Part shown: positions 1-13,337 of the stretch, piece by piece | How positions within the stretch are numbered: position 1 is the stretch's first letter | Layout: the number at the start of each line of letters is the position of its first letter | NCBI GenBank assembly: GCA_002633005.1 | Contig: NMRA01000211.1 | Span: 60,816-124,815 of the forward strand | Length of the DNA: 64,000 nucleotides | Reading direction: 5' to 3' | Source of the DNA: Phoronis australis | Taxonomy: Eukaryota; Animalia; Phoronida | Program-made: the position numbers and the translations under genes | The notes under the pieces: generated by a model | What the model saw: the letters and a program-made list of their open reading frames with translations, nothing else | Told to the model about the DNA's origin: nothing | Databases searched by the model: none

Positions 1-11
1 ATCTACAATAA

Positions 12-73
12 ATAGAGGGCGAGCGTGTACTAGTGGTGATAGATTAACAGCCTCGATTTCGCGAGCCCTTTAA
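12..73. mobile_element. Terminus of a dispersed DNA-transposon-like repeat (second copy 11430-11491), ending ...GAGCCCT followed by TTAA; Kolobok-like
   Basis: Near-identical sequence (tagagggcg..gtactagtggtgatagatt..cctcgatttcgcgagccctttaaa) at both positions; similarity stops at TTAA. Confidence 0.4.
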
Positions 74-779
74 ATACATGGTGAAATGGCTTGCAGCCGT
101 GCCAACTGAATCTGAGATTGCGTAAAAAGGGTGCTTCTATGAGAGGAAGTAAGCACGACCTCATACAAAGGTAAGGTTTGTGATTATTTTAACGATTATT
201 CCATGATTATTCTACCGATGCCTGTTAACTGAGGCACTCGCCGATGTCGACTTCGCGGCAGTCAGTCGCCAGCCAGAGTCTGGTTAATCTTTGTATGTTG
301 TGATATGTGATACGATACTTAACGTAGCAATCGGGATATTTTCGTACATCAAAGCATTATTATTGTTTGGAATGATTTCTAAAAGTTTATCAGTGACAGT
401 TACATCAATCAATGCTGAATGTTCATGCTGTCAACTCGATACAGGTTAATGAGTTAAGATTACAATCCAATCCCAATGGCAAAGGGTACGTGAGTGATAA
501 AAAATCCATTGCATTAGACTATTTGTTCAATCTCAAGCAGAGACAAAGGCTTTACTAAAATGTGTACAGTGTCGAGGTTTGCAAAATACCAAAGGTCCAC
601 CGTTCTTGAAATTCGAACCACCCCCCGCTCAGTGCTGCATACGGGCCTGAGTAGGATATATGCATTTGAGTAGTGAGATAGGAGCGTCTAATATAAAGAG
701 GCCCCTGCATCGAACAAACCTCTGCATGCTACTGCCCCACCGCTAAAAATGTCTGCTTGCAGAATGTTGCTTGACATTA

Positions 780-1235
780 TGCAAATGGTTTCAAACGGTT
801 ACATGGCGGGTAAATCTGGTCGAACTCTGATATTTGATCGTGTGTGGCGGGGCCAATCCAGTACTAGACTTGACTCGCAGTGTTTGTTCATGATACATGG
901 GCTTACGTAGAATATTTTGCAACTGGTTTCATGCGGTTACCTCTTGGGTTGCTTTACCTCAATTTCAACCCTTTTTTAGTCGTCTGGCAGGGACACCCCA
1001 CCACTGAAATTGTCTGGCATCTTACTGTTGGTTTCAAACGGTTACCTCTTGGGTTGACCTAGCTCAAGTCATGCATTTGGGCGTGTCTGGCGGGGCTAAC
1101 CCACCACTAGATTTGTCTGGCAGTGTTTATAAGTGATACCTGAGCTTACGGTGAATATTTTGGAACTGGTTTTAAGCGGTTACCTCTTGGGTTGATCTAG
1201 CTCAATTTTAAACCCTTTTTGATAATCGTCTGGCA
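780..1235 (+). repeat. Tandem/sub-terminal repeat block (ggtttcaaacggttacctcttgggttga units); inverted copy at ~5170-5495
   Basis: The motif recurs 4 times. The reverse complement of 5320-5495 aligns to ~1031-1206. Confidence 0.6.
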
Positions 1236-4200
1236 AGCATGTCGTTAACGTCTACTGTATCTGTATTAACTGTTTTAACTTCTTTCGAAACATTCAAACA
1301 AGCTTTAAGCAAAATGTTGGAAATGTCGTTGTAAAAGCCAGGAGTGTCTCTCACAGGAACGACAGTGGCATTCATTAGCTATGGGCCACGTACGTCATAA
1401 CGCTAAAACCTCGTGAGAGACCGTCCCGAGTTGGCAGCTCGAGCCACTTGGGGCGGTCTGGGATCAAGAGAAAAACCACAGGGTAGATCTGTGGTCGACA
1501 GATCTATTCGGTCGATTACATTTTATTGCCCGTGAAGGCTGCCTGAAGAAACATGACTCGTGCGTTTGTATTTTCGCCTTTTTCAACGACATGTAAAAGA
1601 TTAATCAACAAATTCCTCATAAAATTCTGAAAACAAGCGTTTTTCTCCCAAGAAAATCGATGAAGTTTTGGCCGAGATATTTCACTTTCAGTCCAGGCTA
1701 GCCCTTCCCCCTCGAGAATCGTCACAAAAGATTACTAAGCGGTAATGCGGTTTCACTGTCAACAAAGGAAGACGTCAAAATCGACTCAAAATTGTCATTT
1801 TTAAACTATCTGAATGTTAAATTATCGAAATGTAAGTAAAATCGTGCTCTTTATTCTACCAAGAAAACAGCAATTTCATTTTGGTAAACATGTCTATAAG
1901 GACCTAACTCGCGCACGGTAGTGAGTCCGGTACAACACGTGAGGATGGCTGTGTTGTTGTTTTTGCTCTAAACTCAAAAGTAGCCGTTTCAAAATGGAAG
2001 ATGGACAGAAAATGCAGGCTGAGTTGACGAAAACAATCATTGGGTGGAGGCAATTGTGCGGGGAGTAAATGACTGCGCCGGGAATTCACGTCGGTTTTCC
2101 TGGATGGCCGTCTGAGTTTGACCAGCTCGTCGAGCCGTGATTCGTGAGAGGCTGAGCCGATCGACTACGTCGGGCTCGAGACCTGGACCTGGTGAAGAAA
2201 AACGTAAGTATTTTTTGTCATCCCTTATGCTCGCATGATGCTGTTGGCTGTAGGCTATAGATAAAGTATACCGTGTTTGCGTGAGATTTTGTGTTCATGA
2301 TTGAAATTACAGACTATGTTCTTGTACCACATCTGAAGTCAGAGAAACATTGTTACTTAGTGAAAAATAAACGTCTGGACGAATCTACCATGGTGCCGTC
2401 AATGCTGTTTTTGTTCTTTGTAAAGTAGATTTACTGTAACAAGTCCGATGTCGTCGGATTGAATTGCTATTCCGGGATTTTCAATACCAGTGGCTGATCC
2501 AGAACTTTTCGAATGGTGTTTGCAAATGAAATAATGTCAAGCCATTGTTTTAAATTACCATTTAAGTTTTATTAATAAGAGGTGGAGACAGCCATCTGCA
2601 ATCATGTCTTTGTTACCTTGTTCTCATTTCTTTACATTTGTTCATGTTTCATTTCCTTGTTTTCTGTAGATCCCCCCAACCCCCTTGCTACAGTGCACTC
2701 TCTCTGTTGACTGAACTTGATGACATAATTGATAAGCCATTGTATTCTTCCTACCAGTACTAGCCTAACCCTTAGTCCTACACATCTGGCCCTATTGTTC
2801 ACTCTTGATTTTTGTTTACAAAATAATCCAGTCCAGTCTACACCCTGATTGCTTAGTTTAACTCCTGATATAGCTCATTGGTTTAATATTTAGCACAGAT
2901 TCCAGTGAGTAAACTGTATTTCACTTGTTGAACCTTTTCTTACCATCATGCAGCTCCTGCTTGACTGTGCACATGTACTTTTATCTCCTCTTTTTCGAAC
3001 AACTCATTAAAGCGTTTTATGGGGTTCGGTTTCTTTTCATGAATGGTTTCATCGTTGGTTTCTAATTCGTTCAACTGCTTCCCAAAAGTTCCATTTCTTC
3101 ATAATTTTAAAACTCCTGAGTCCTGAGCATTGAGCAACACTCAACAACCCCTCTCAAAATGTTGCCCTTCCAAACAGTGATGTGACCTTCTGACTACATG
3201 AGTGTAAGTTGTGGTACACTACTGCACGTGCACAAGATCACCAGCACCAGAAGTTTTAAAATCACAACACCAAAACAGTGATTGTTTACATTTCAGAGAG
3301 CTCGCCTTGACAATTTCAAGAAGGTATACCGCTTGACAGTTGCATTTATGTACACGTCGAAGCCTGGAGAATACAGACTTGATCAGGGCTTGGGATTTCC
3401 GTCTTTTAAGAGGAATTCTTTTTTGGTGTCGATTTCCTCTTATTTGATTTACAGTTTCCTCTTTTTATCATTTTTTCGACTTTATTAAATGTTTAGTTCA
3501 GGTAAATTTTACAGCCAAAAATGTCTATCACACAAGCCTATTTTTTGTGTATCATGTATCAGCTGGAAATTTCTCCTCTGTTTTTGTTATTGCTCATTCC
3601 AAGCTCTGCTTATTTTTCGTGAAGTAACTAGAATGGATTTCATAACATACCAGTTTATTGTACTGGATTCTTGTTGGGTTCATCAACTGTAAACTATCAT
3701 AAATATAATATCCACGTAAGTCATTATGTATAGGAGCATAGGATAATAGCCACCTGTTTTAAGTTCGCACAAAATTAGAGTACAAAATAATTTCGAGTTC
3801 CCATTTCCTGTAAAAATCAATGACAGGGCCCAGGTATCAATTCCAGTATTTTTGGCGCTTAATCATGTTTGAAAGTGTTATGCTGTTTGGAAATTTGTTG
3901 CTCAACAGCTTATGACCTTACTGGATTTAAGGGCCCCACCAGAGCATTTATTTGTGTTTTCTCCGCTCATTTCAAATGTTCTATGCATATCAAATGCTCT
4001 GAGATGCCAGGGTAGTATTCTGCATGCATCTTTATTGACCATTGGGGTCAGTGAGAATGTCCTACTCGCATGTATATGAATGCAAAGTATGATATGTGCC
4101 TGGTATTCAGTGAATGGCCTGGATGCTTCATGCAGCTCGGACATTCACAACTAGGGAGAATATTTTACTTTTTCTCCAGATGTGCACCTCATTCATGTAC

Positions 4201-7200
4201 CACATCAGTATTGCCTGAGTGTGTGGTTTTGGAAATGTGTAAGCTGCTTGTGTTGTTTCCGCATTGTTGAGCTTGAAATGCTAGTTTTGCTCCTATAAAA
4301 CTAGGAGTGTATTTATTGCGCCAAGTGTCCGTTATTATTGTTACTAGTTTATTGCTTAACCAGTGTATTTATTTTGAATATTCTTCAAGCCTTGGATGAC
4401 TGATCTTTTCAGTTTAGGATAGTTATTGTTTGCATCCCATGAACTGAATTACATACTGTCTTTTTGAGTATTTTTATTCAGTGACTCCTGGTTTGGTTTT
4501 GGAAATGATTGTTTTTTAGGCTGAAATGCAGATTTTTTTACTAAATTTTGCAATGACCCTGTCATTTCCACATGGTTATCTTGAAAAGCAAATTCTTGTA
4601 TACATATTATTGTAATCTTGTGAGGTGTGCAATTTATTGCGGTTTTCAGTGGCTGGTTCCACCTGGATAGCAGTATTGTGCACCTACCGGTACTTTGCTC
4701 AAGCTCATGTTTCATATATTGTTATATTGATAACTTTTCCTCGTGAAGGTACGGTAGTGATCTCAGCAGTTATATCACTTATGGTGTTTTGTTAAGTAGT
4801 AGAACCTTGTACTGCCATGACACAAATTTTGAAGGTTCCTATGTTGCAGTTAAGTCCCACTTTAAATATTTTGCTCACCATGTGAGTTATTGTTTACATG
4901 GAGGGATTCATACTCATGGATGATCTCATCAGGGATTGCATGTAACACTCTTTGGGTGTGTATATTTGTAACATGTTCATTGTATAAAGCGTATTGTTTA
5001 TATTGCAGAGTTTATAATTGTAGACCGGGATCCCAGAGCTTTTTTGGGCATGAAAAGGTAACCAATTTTCTTTGGTGCCACAGTGCTCTATGGGTATCCT
5101 GATGCTTGGAAATGGTCGTCTGGCAGGTTCGCTTTGGTGGGTGTGGTCGGGGGAGCTAAGAGAATGACACTCAAATATTGAGCTATATCAACTTTTCTGG
5201 TAACCACTCCAAACTGCCTTGGATACCTACTACGTAATCCACTTAATCAAAATTGGTCATTGCCAGACAATTTCAGTGGTGGGGAGTATCAGCCAGACGG
5301 TTATAAACAAGGTGTAAAAATTGAGCTACATCAATTCAAGAGGTAACCGCGTGAAACCAGTTGCAAAATATTCACCGTGAGCCCAGGTATCGCGAATGAA
5401 CACTGCCAGACAAATCTAGTAGTGGGTTAGCCTCGCCAGACACGCCCAAATACCCGAGTTGAGCTAGATCAACCCACCAGGTAACTGTTTAAAACCGATG
5501 TTCAGCATGAATGTACATGGCACAAGTGTTAGATGCCAGACAATTTCAGTGGTGGGGTAATGTTTTCTTTCATGAGATCGGACGACGTGGACATTCCGAA
5601 CACTGGATTTGTGTCACGACGTTTAAACAAGCTGTGTGTAAGGAAATTGAAATTCAGAACTGTGTTGTCTTCGATTCNCCGAGTCTTTGCTACACACGCT
5701 AAAACTTACTGGAATTCTTATGGTGAATTTTACGCTTAAAACGTTAAAACAACTTCAGATATGGTAGATGGGTCGTGGAATAACTGTGAATGGACGAAGA
5801 AAATGTGAACTTGTTATGTTGTGCAAAGCTGTCAGCGGACTGAAATTGGAACTTAATACGCTCTAAGCCTGAATGGCGCAGGCATACAGGGGCGATAGTG
5901 TATCCCCATAAAAAGATATTCACTTCAAAATACAGCAAATAAAATCAAATGAAACATGCATATGTGCACATGAAGTTATAATTAACACATACCCTGACTC
6001 TGGACACAATTTAGTCTACAAATAACTTGAGCATATTCATGAAAACCTCGCAGTTCTCTCGAGTTTCTCTCACTAGCCACCATTTTGAGGAAGTTACGTG
6101 AAATCACGCCTGTTGACGAACAAAAAGTCCAAGGGACACAAATCTTACAAAATTCACTTGATATTTTCTCATGCTATTTTGCAATGAAGTATCACGCGCC
6201 GGGTCACGCGCCAGATCTCGCGCTTCGCTCAGTCTCGCGCTAGCCTTTGCCTCATACTCACCTGACTCAGTTGAAATTTTTTATTGTGGTTATCGCGCGC
6301 GCGGACAAAGTTAACAGTAACCACAAAGTGGAGTTAGAATTCTTCGCCAAAGTCACATGAATTCCCGTATATATGCTTCATCGAAGATATGTTTAGAAGC
6401 AGAAAGAATCACTGAAGAAAGTAAGAGCCTTTTAGGTGATAATTTTATGTGTAGAACGTATTTTTGACGAGGTGAAAACTTGATCAGTGAGCGGATTTCG
6501 CCTACCGCCCGTTCAGTAAAATACACGGGACGAAATCAGTACAGAACGCGATAGAAAGTATTGTAGTGCGAATCTGAAGTTCATTTGCCATAACAGCAAT
6601 GCTTTTTGGACATTTTTCGAACTAAACGGCTAAATACTCGAAGACAATAACAGAATACACTCTGGTACCGTATTGGGCAAGTGACCAAACGACAAGCTTT
6701 TGCCCCACTTCCCGTGACGTCACAGTTAAGTCTCACATAATCTCGCGTTATTGTTATAAACTCGCAAAAGGCCTATTACACGATGTTCAGCATGAATGTA
6801 CATGGCACAAGTGTTAGATGCCAGACAATTTCAGTGGTGGGGTAATGTTTTCTTTCATGAGATCGGACGACGTGGACATTCCGAACACTGGATTTGTGTC
6901 ACGACGTTTAAACAAGCTGTGTGTAAGGAAATTGAAATTCAGAACTGTGTTGTCTTCGATTCTGTTATTAAACAATTATCTCAAAAGAAAGTGAGCAACC
7001 AATTGATTTTGATATTGAGTGAAACGGATATAGCATGAAAGTAAACATAGTTACCAAAGTACCCGACGATGTAGGACTCAACACAAGGTGCCTTAAAAAG
7101 CAATTTAGCTAACAGGTGTCGTTTTTGCATGAGTGGTTCCTGGTCCTACCGTCTGTGATTTCCTTGATTAATCTGTAGCTTGAAAATCATTTCATTAATT

Positions 7201-7724
7201 CATACTTTTCAAACCTTTATCAGTGTTCGTTAATTATAGATGAGCATTGCTGTTGGCGTACCGGAATAGGTCTATTGATAACACTGTACTTGCTAATACA
7301 TGTTTTTTTAATTGCCATCAACATTTAGTTGGCATTACAGGGATGCCGCCCGAACGGTGAGCACGAAGACCATGATATTAGTGTTCAAGACCGCCTTGCG
7401 TGCATGGTCTTGAATTTCCGCAGCTTTCTGCGGCCGGACTAACCGTTTAAACGTGCAATATTTTTCATTCTCAACCTATATCGTGCCACTGTTGGTTATT
7501 CGGGGTCAAAGGTGAAGTCAGTTAAGTGGAACGGGAGACCATACTCCAGTCGCTTATCCGAAGCAGTGATATCTATTGGTAAAACTAATCGGCAATCTCG
7601 TTGCAACACTGGCAGAGACTTTTCAGTGAGTGACCCCTCTACAACTTGACCTACATGTACATTTCACAAAGCCTTGCCTTGCAAGCAAACCGAGGTCAAT
7701 AGTAGGATACGTTGTACAGATCTC

Positions 7725-9030
7725 TTAAATGAAAGCGCTCCGAGGAGCGAAACTTGGCGAAATTAACCAAGAAGATGACGATAAAGATGATGACGAAGAT
7801 GACGAATATGACGACGATGGTGGCGAGGTTGAACAAAAGTTAACAACATACATATGACGAATGTTGAAGTCGGAAATCAGTAAGAAAAAGGCTAGTTTTG
7901 AGCGACACTTGGCGAAATTAACAGAAAAGACATGACGACGGAGATGATTACGAAGATGATGACGATGATGACGAATATGATGACGGTGGTGGCGATGATG
8001 AACAACATCACAACATTCATATGACGAACTTAGATGTCATAAATCGATAAGAAATAGGCTACAGTCTACTTCAATAGAGGATAAACCAACATCAATGCAG
8101 CAAGAGCGCTCAACAAAGGAACAGCGTTATCAGAAAATCTCAAATAACTCGAAAAGTAAGTGTTTTTTTTAAAAAATTCAAAGTCAAATAACTCGAAAAC
8201 GGTAAGTCTGAGAAAAAAATTGTTACAGGCCATTTGAAAGATTATACTTNTTCTATCTAAACTGATGGTCTCGCTTAATTCCGTAAATTTTTCGAAAAAA
8301 ATGAAATTTTGCGTTTTTTTTAAGAAATTCAAAGTCAAATAACTCGAAAACGGTAAGTCTGAGAAAAAAATTGTTACAGGCCATTTGAAAGATTATACTT
8401 CAAAGAATCTACATGCAAAAAATCGCGTCTTTTTCTCTTCCCGTTTAAAATCGCGCTCCAGACTGAAAATGGGTCAACATGCGCCATATCCGCCATCTTG
8501 AGAGAAATTTCCGGTTTTTTGGGTTTATATAATAGCACGTCATAAAAAACTAATATCCGTAAAGTTTCAAAAGAATTGGCCTTATAATGCGCCCTCTACA
8601 GGAGAAAACGTTTTTAGGCCAAAATCGAGGTGCGCATGCGCGATCGCCGATATTTCCGCCATCTTTAACCGGAAGTGAACAATTTCCGGTATACCTGTAG
8701 CAAACTTCCGGTACATTTACTGTGCCGATTCTTAGCTTTTTACGTAAAAAATTGTAGCCTCCAGAAGCATTTGAACCTTTAAATGAAAACAAAATGGCCG
8801 CCACAGCCGCCATCTTGGATCCGATTTCGACGAAAAACAATAGGCTTCCAGTACTTCCAGCAGTACGTGTTATGTGTAAATTTCGTGATGATCGGACGAA
8901 AATTGCGACCTGTATCGTGCGAACAAACAAAAAAAATGATAATGCGCCCTCTACAGGAGAAAACGTTTTTAGGCCAAAATCGAGGTGCGCATGCGCGATC
9001 GCCAATATTTCCGCCATCTTTAACCGGAAG
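7725..9030. repeat. Dispersed repeat: (GAT/GAC)n-rich unit plus CCGCCATCTT-rich module, possibly Helentron-associated; related copy 14745-15635
   Basis: Shared blocks at both loci: gagcgacacttggcgaaattaacag, gcgctcaacaaaggaacagc, gtcaaataactcgaaaacggtaagtct, aaacaataggcttccag. Family assignment is from general appearance only. Confidence 0.5.
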
Positions 9031-9420
9031 NTTTATTTCGCCAAGTAATGAGAGAAAACAGAATCTCACATTATTTCTCTGAAATCACGTGCAGTAAACC
9101 GTTTCGGCGTTTGTGTTTGCGAACAGTCGTCTACAATGAGCAACTGGAGATCAGCACAATTACGTGACTATTTCAGAAATAATAAAGTATACATAACTAA
9201 AACAAAGAGTATTGCGTTACACTGACATTTATTTTGTACATGAAGCAAACTAATCCCTACAGTAACAGAAATTCGGCGAAAATTCAGTTTACTTACCCGT
9301 AGCACGCTTCTGATCCACAAACGGGCGGCCCGTTTGCGGATGACGTCACGATCACACATTTCGCTTACGTCATCCCTAAAACGCGCAGATCAACATAACG
9401 CGCAGAACACGGTAATGTAC

Positions 9421-10998
9421 CAACTGGTTTCCAGTACAAAGAGGGGTCAGGCAGGGAGATCCATTGTCGCCTACATTGTTTTCAATTTTCATAAATGATT
9501 TGATTAATGATTTGAACAGTTGTAGCAAAGGTATCAATTTTGATGGATGTAATTTATCATGTCTGTTGTATGCAGATGACATTGTGATTTTTTCTGGATA
9601 GGCTTGAAGCCTATTTACAGGATTTACTGAACGTATTAAGTAATTGGTGTGCAAGGTGGCAATTGTCCATAAATTTTTCCAAGACTGATGTGGTTCATTT
9701 TCGCAAGAGGGGACATGTAAGAACGAGTTTTGAATTCATTTTGTGCGATCGCATTGTGAATTTAAAAGAATGTTACAAGTATTTGGGTGTAACTCTGAAT
9801 GAGTTTATGGATTTTAGTTTGACAGCTGAGATACTGGCGGACTCCGCGTCCAGAGCGTTGGGAGCTCCGGTGAGCAAGTACAAACATATTGGTAACATGG
9901 GTTTCAACAGTTACAGTAAATGTTTTGAAATGTCCGTAGCTTCAATTCTAGAATATGGATCTGGAATTTGGGGATACTCTCAATACTCCAAATGTGAAAT
10001 GATCAGAACGAGAGCTCTACGTATATTTTTAGGGGTCCACAAGTATGCTGCCAATGCAGTACTTTATGGTGACTCGGGTTGGCCAAATTCACACTACAAA
10101 CAACAGGAAAATATGCTACGGCTCTGGAATCGTTTAGTTCTAATGGATGACAGCAGAATTGCAAAAAAAGTCTTTTTATGGGACCTTAAACATCGGAACT
10201 GCAACTGGTCAAGTTCAATATTTAAAATTATGGAGAAGTGCGACTTTTTAGAAAACTTCAGGAACAAACAAGTTGTGTCTCTCGAAAACTTCAGAACATT
10301 CAGGTTCCAGTTAGAAGAGTTAAATTGGTTAAAAATAATCACTGAGAAACCAAAACTGTACTTATATAGATCTATTAAGAATGACTATTGGGTAGAAGAG
10401 TATTTACGTCTGCCGGTGTCTCAGAGGTCCGTCATAGCTCGATTGAGAGCAGGTATTCTACCATTAGAGGTTGAGGTGGGGTGGTACTTCGGAATTCCTG
10501 TGAATGAACGGATTTGTCGTGTTTGTAAAAAAGGAATTGAAGATGAAGTTCATTTCATTNGTCTCAGAGGTCCGTCATAGCTCGATTGAGAGCAGGTATT
10601 CTACCATTAGAGGTTGAGGTGGGGCGGTACTTCGGAAGTCCTGTGAATGAACGGATTTGTAGTGTTTGTAAAAAAGGAATTGAAGATGAAGTTCATTTCA
10701 TTTTTGATTGTGAAAAATATACTCACATTCGACCATATTTTTTACGGCGTTCTGCCCTACCTCAAAATAACTTGAAAGGTCTGGCGAAATTCATTCAAGA
10801 CGCTTTCCAGGTTAGAAGTAATTGTTTGTTTATAAACTGATCTGAAGTTGTCATATTTGAGCTTGTGCAATTTGTTATGTAATGATTTAATTATTATTAG
10901 GTGACTGAGTAAGCCCATTGAGGCTGGGGGGTGTGGTGAATAATCTGTCTTTGATATTGTATTTACTGGTACCCTTATGTCACTATAATAAATAAATA
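9421..10998 (+). mobile_element. 5'-truncated, frameshifted LINE (non-LTR retrotransposon): RT C-terminal half, C-terminal Cys/His motif, 3' UTR and (AATA)n tail
   Basis: Translates WFPVQRGVRQGDPLSPTLFSIFINDL...LLYADDIV (RT motifs). After a frameshift at ~9600 it gives KYLGV and RICRVCKKGIEDEVHFIFDC, and ends cactataataaataaata. Confidence 0.9.
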
Positions 10999-11707
10999 CA
11001 CACATGAGAGTTGTTTTGCTTTATGACACCATGGCAACCTAGCAGACTGTGATCTTTCAGATACCGATGGGACAAGTTTGAGTCGTCTCAGTGGGTCTCC
11101 TAGGTCGTGGTTAAATTTCCATTCGATAAGGATTCAGTCAAAAATTACGTGTATTGCGATTAAAAGACTATTTCAGACGATGTGGCCCACTGTTTTAGCG
11201 CTGATCGTGACGAGTTTCTTTGCAGTAGGTGCTGTTCGGAGATACCTTGCGCTTCTGGCTGTGCGTGTACGACCTCAATGGTTTAGCCTAGTTGCTCATG
11301 GACCCTGGGCCACACTCGTCTTGTGCAAATTTTCTATCTTTATGCACTTTGATCTTGAGTATTGGGTTATGTTAACACAGAAGCTTGGCCGGTTCGTACA
11401 ATGGGGCTATTCGGAAAATTTACAATAACTAGAGGGCGCGCATGTACTAGTGGTGATAGATTGAGCAACCTCGATTTCGCGAGCCCTTTAAAGTGTACAC
11501 AACATGACTCTAGTACATCAAAATAAATTTTATTGTTATATCTTACTTGATTTCAGTGCCTTTAGTGCACAGCTCATAAAGAAACACGCAAAAATTGAAA
11601 AAAATAATAATTATGTACAACGTCATGGATTGAACCCAAGTCGTTCGCCATACTGTTCGGATCAGAGACATAGTGTATAGAGTGAAGAGAAAGCAAAGTA
11701 TATTTAN

Positions 11708-11815
11708 GGTGACTGAGTAAGCCCATTGAGGCTGGGGGGTGTGGTGAATAATCTGTCTTTGATTGTATTTACTGGTACCCTTACGTCACTATAATAAATA
11801 AATAAATAAATAATA
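11708..11815 (+). mobile_element. Second copy of the LINE 3' end with (AATA)n tail
   Basis: Near-identical to 10899-10998; begins at an assembly N. Confidence 0.7.
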
Positions 11816-13085
11816 ATGTGGAAATGACATCCAGTAACTGCATCGATTGTCTTATTGTCAGTGAAAAGCCCCGTTAATATTACACTTTGATGATCAAATA
11901 TATTTTTCATCAACAAGCAAGTTTGTCACTAATTATTAAACCACAACATTTCTTCAGTTTTAAAGCCCCATGCAGTGCAGATGCTCTGCTTCTTTATAAA
12001 GCTGAAGTGATTACCCATTACGCTTGCAAATTATTTTCCTGTTGATCTATAGATATGTCCGGAGATCAAAACGAAGTATTTCCTTTGTTTACATTTAGTT
12101 TGTTTATGTGTGAAACTATTTATAGAGCTTTCTTAAGAAGACTTTTGAACAGTTTTAAGTTTTGTATTAACTTGTCTATAACAAAAGTTCTACATGCAAG
12201 CAAAGTTTGCTTTCAATCGTAGCTAACTGGATAAGAATCTTCTATGTACAAGACTCGAGAATAAACAACAATCAGTGTATTTAAAAACAAAATGGCACAC
12301 TGAACAACCACATACATACAAAGGAAGATTATTTGTTAAAAACAATTGTAGTTTTCCCAATACAACAGTTTCCATAATTAGGGATAGCAAAGGCTGAATT
12401 TCTGAATTGCGAGGTTCAATTCTCTCAGGTTATTGCTATAGGACTTCTTTTTACATTGTCGAATGGTAAAATAGACTGTAAGGCGGCTGGTTTCAGGCGG
12501 TTTCTCTCACATGTAACAGGATAGTCAGAGAAATATTAGCAAATTATAAAAGAAAACACAAAACAAAACTACTTTTGTAAGGCAGAACATACTTGACATT
12601 TCATGTTCATGTTTATATGTAGAAACTAATAATCTTTATACATAAGCCTAACTTAAGATCTGAATTAAAATATGTGAAACAGGCTAAAAGTGATTTAAGA
12701 ATGACGCGTGTATTTTTCATGACACCTAAATGTGTTTCTAATCTCAACAAATAAAATTTATTCTAGATGTCAATATTCATTCCAGTGCAATGTTACGAAT
12801 TTACTGAATTACCCATCCAAGTTAATTCGGTAACTATAATCTGGTAGTCCTGGGGGTGGGGTCTGCTATAAAGTAAGGAAACTCACTCATCTAGAGAAAT
12901 TTATTGGACACACCATAGCTTTAAAGAGTAATTGCTGTGACAAAGTCACCCTTGACTTCTGAGCGGCACGTCCCATACACCTCTTATATTGGGAGCACTC
13001 CCACCTAGGAGAATTTATGTGAATAGGTGCTGCTAGCCTACCATCCGGGTCCCGGATGTGTTTCTGAAGAGAAACACTCAGTTCC

Positions 13086-13337
13086 CATGCGCGCACCCAC
13101 CCTTCAGTATGGAGGGGCTCGAATTCCTGACGTTGTGGACGTTTTGCTAACAAAAGAGCGGGCGGACTATATATATATACATATATAAAAAAATGCGGGA
13201 GCACCACTGTGAAGTGCGCGTTTGCGATTATTAAGTGAACTTTTGCTCGGGCTTTTTGTCTCTCAGGGGCGGACCTTTTTGCCCACTTCGTCAAATGGGG
13301 GAGGGGGCTCCTTGGAGCCCCCCTGGGTGCTCGCATG
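13086..13337. mobile_element. MITE (non-autonomous DNA transposon)
   Basis: TIR CATGCGCGCACCCA / TGGGTGCTCGCATG flanked by direct repeat GTTCC (13081-13085, 13338-13342). Confidence 0.7.

Noticed and set aside
5496-11815. Short near-exact duplications at 5496-5677/6781-6961, ~8160-8400, ~8585-9030 and ~10418-10700
   Set aside because: Each ends or starts at an N (5678, 8250, 9031, 10560, 11707), consistent with assembly joins.
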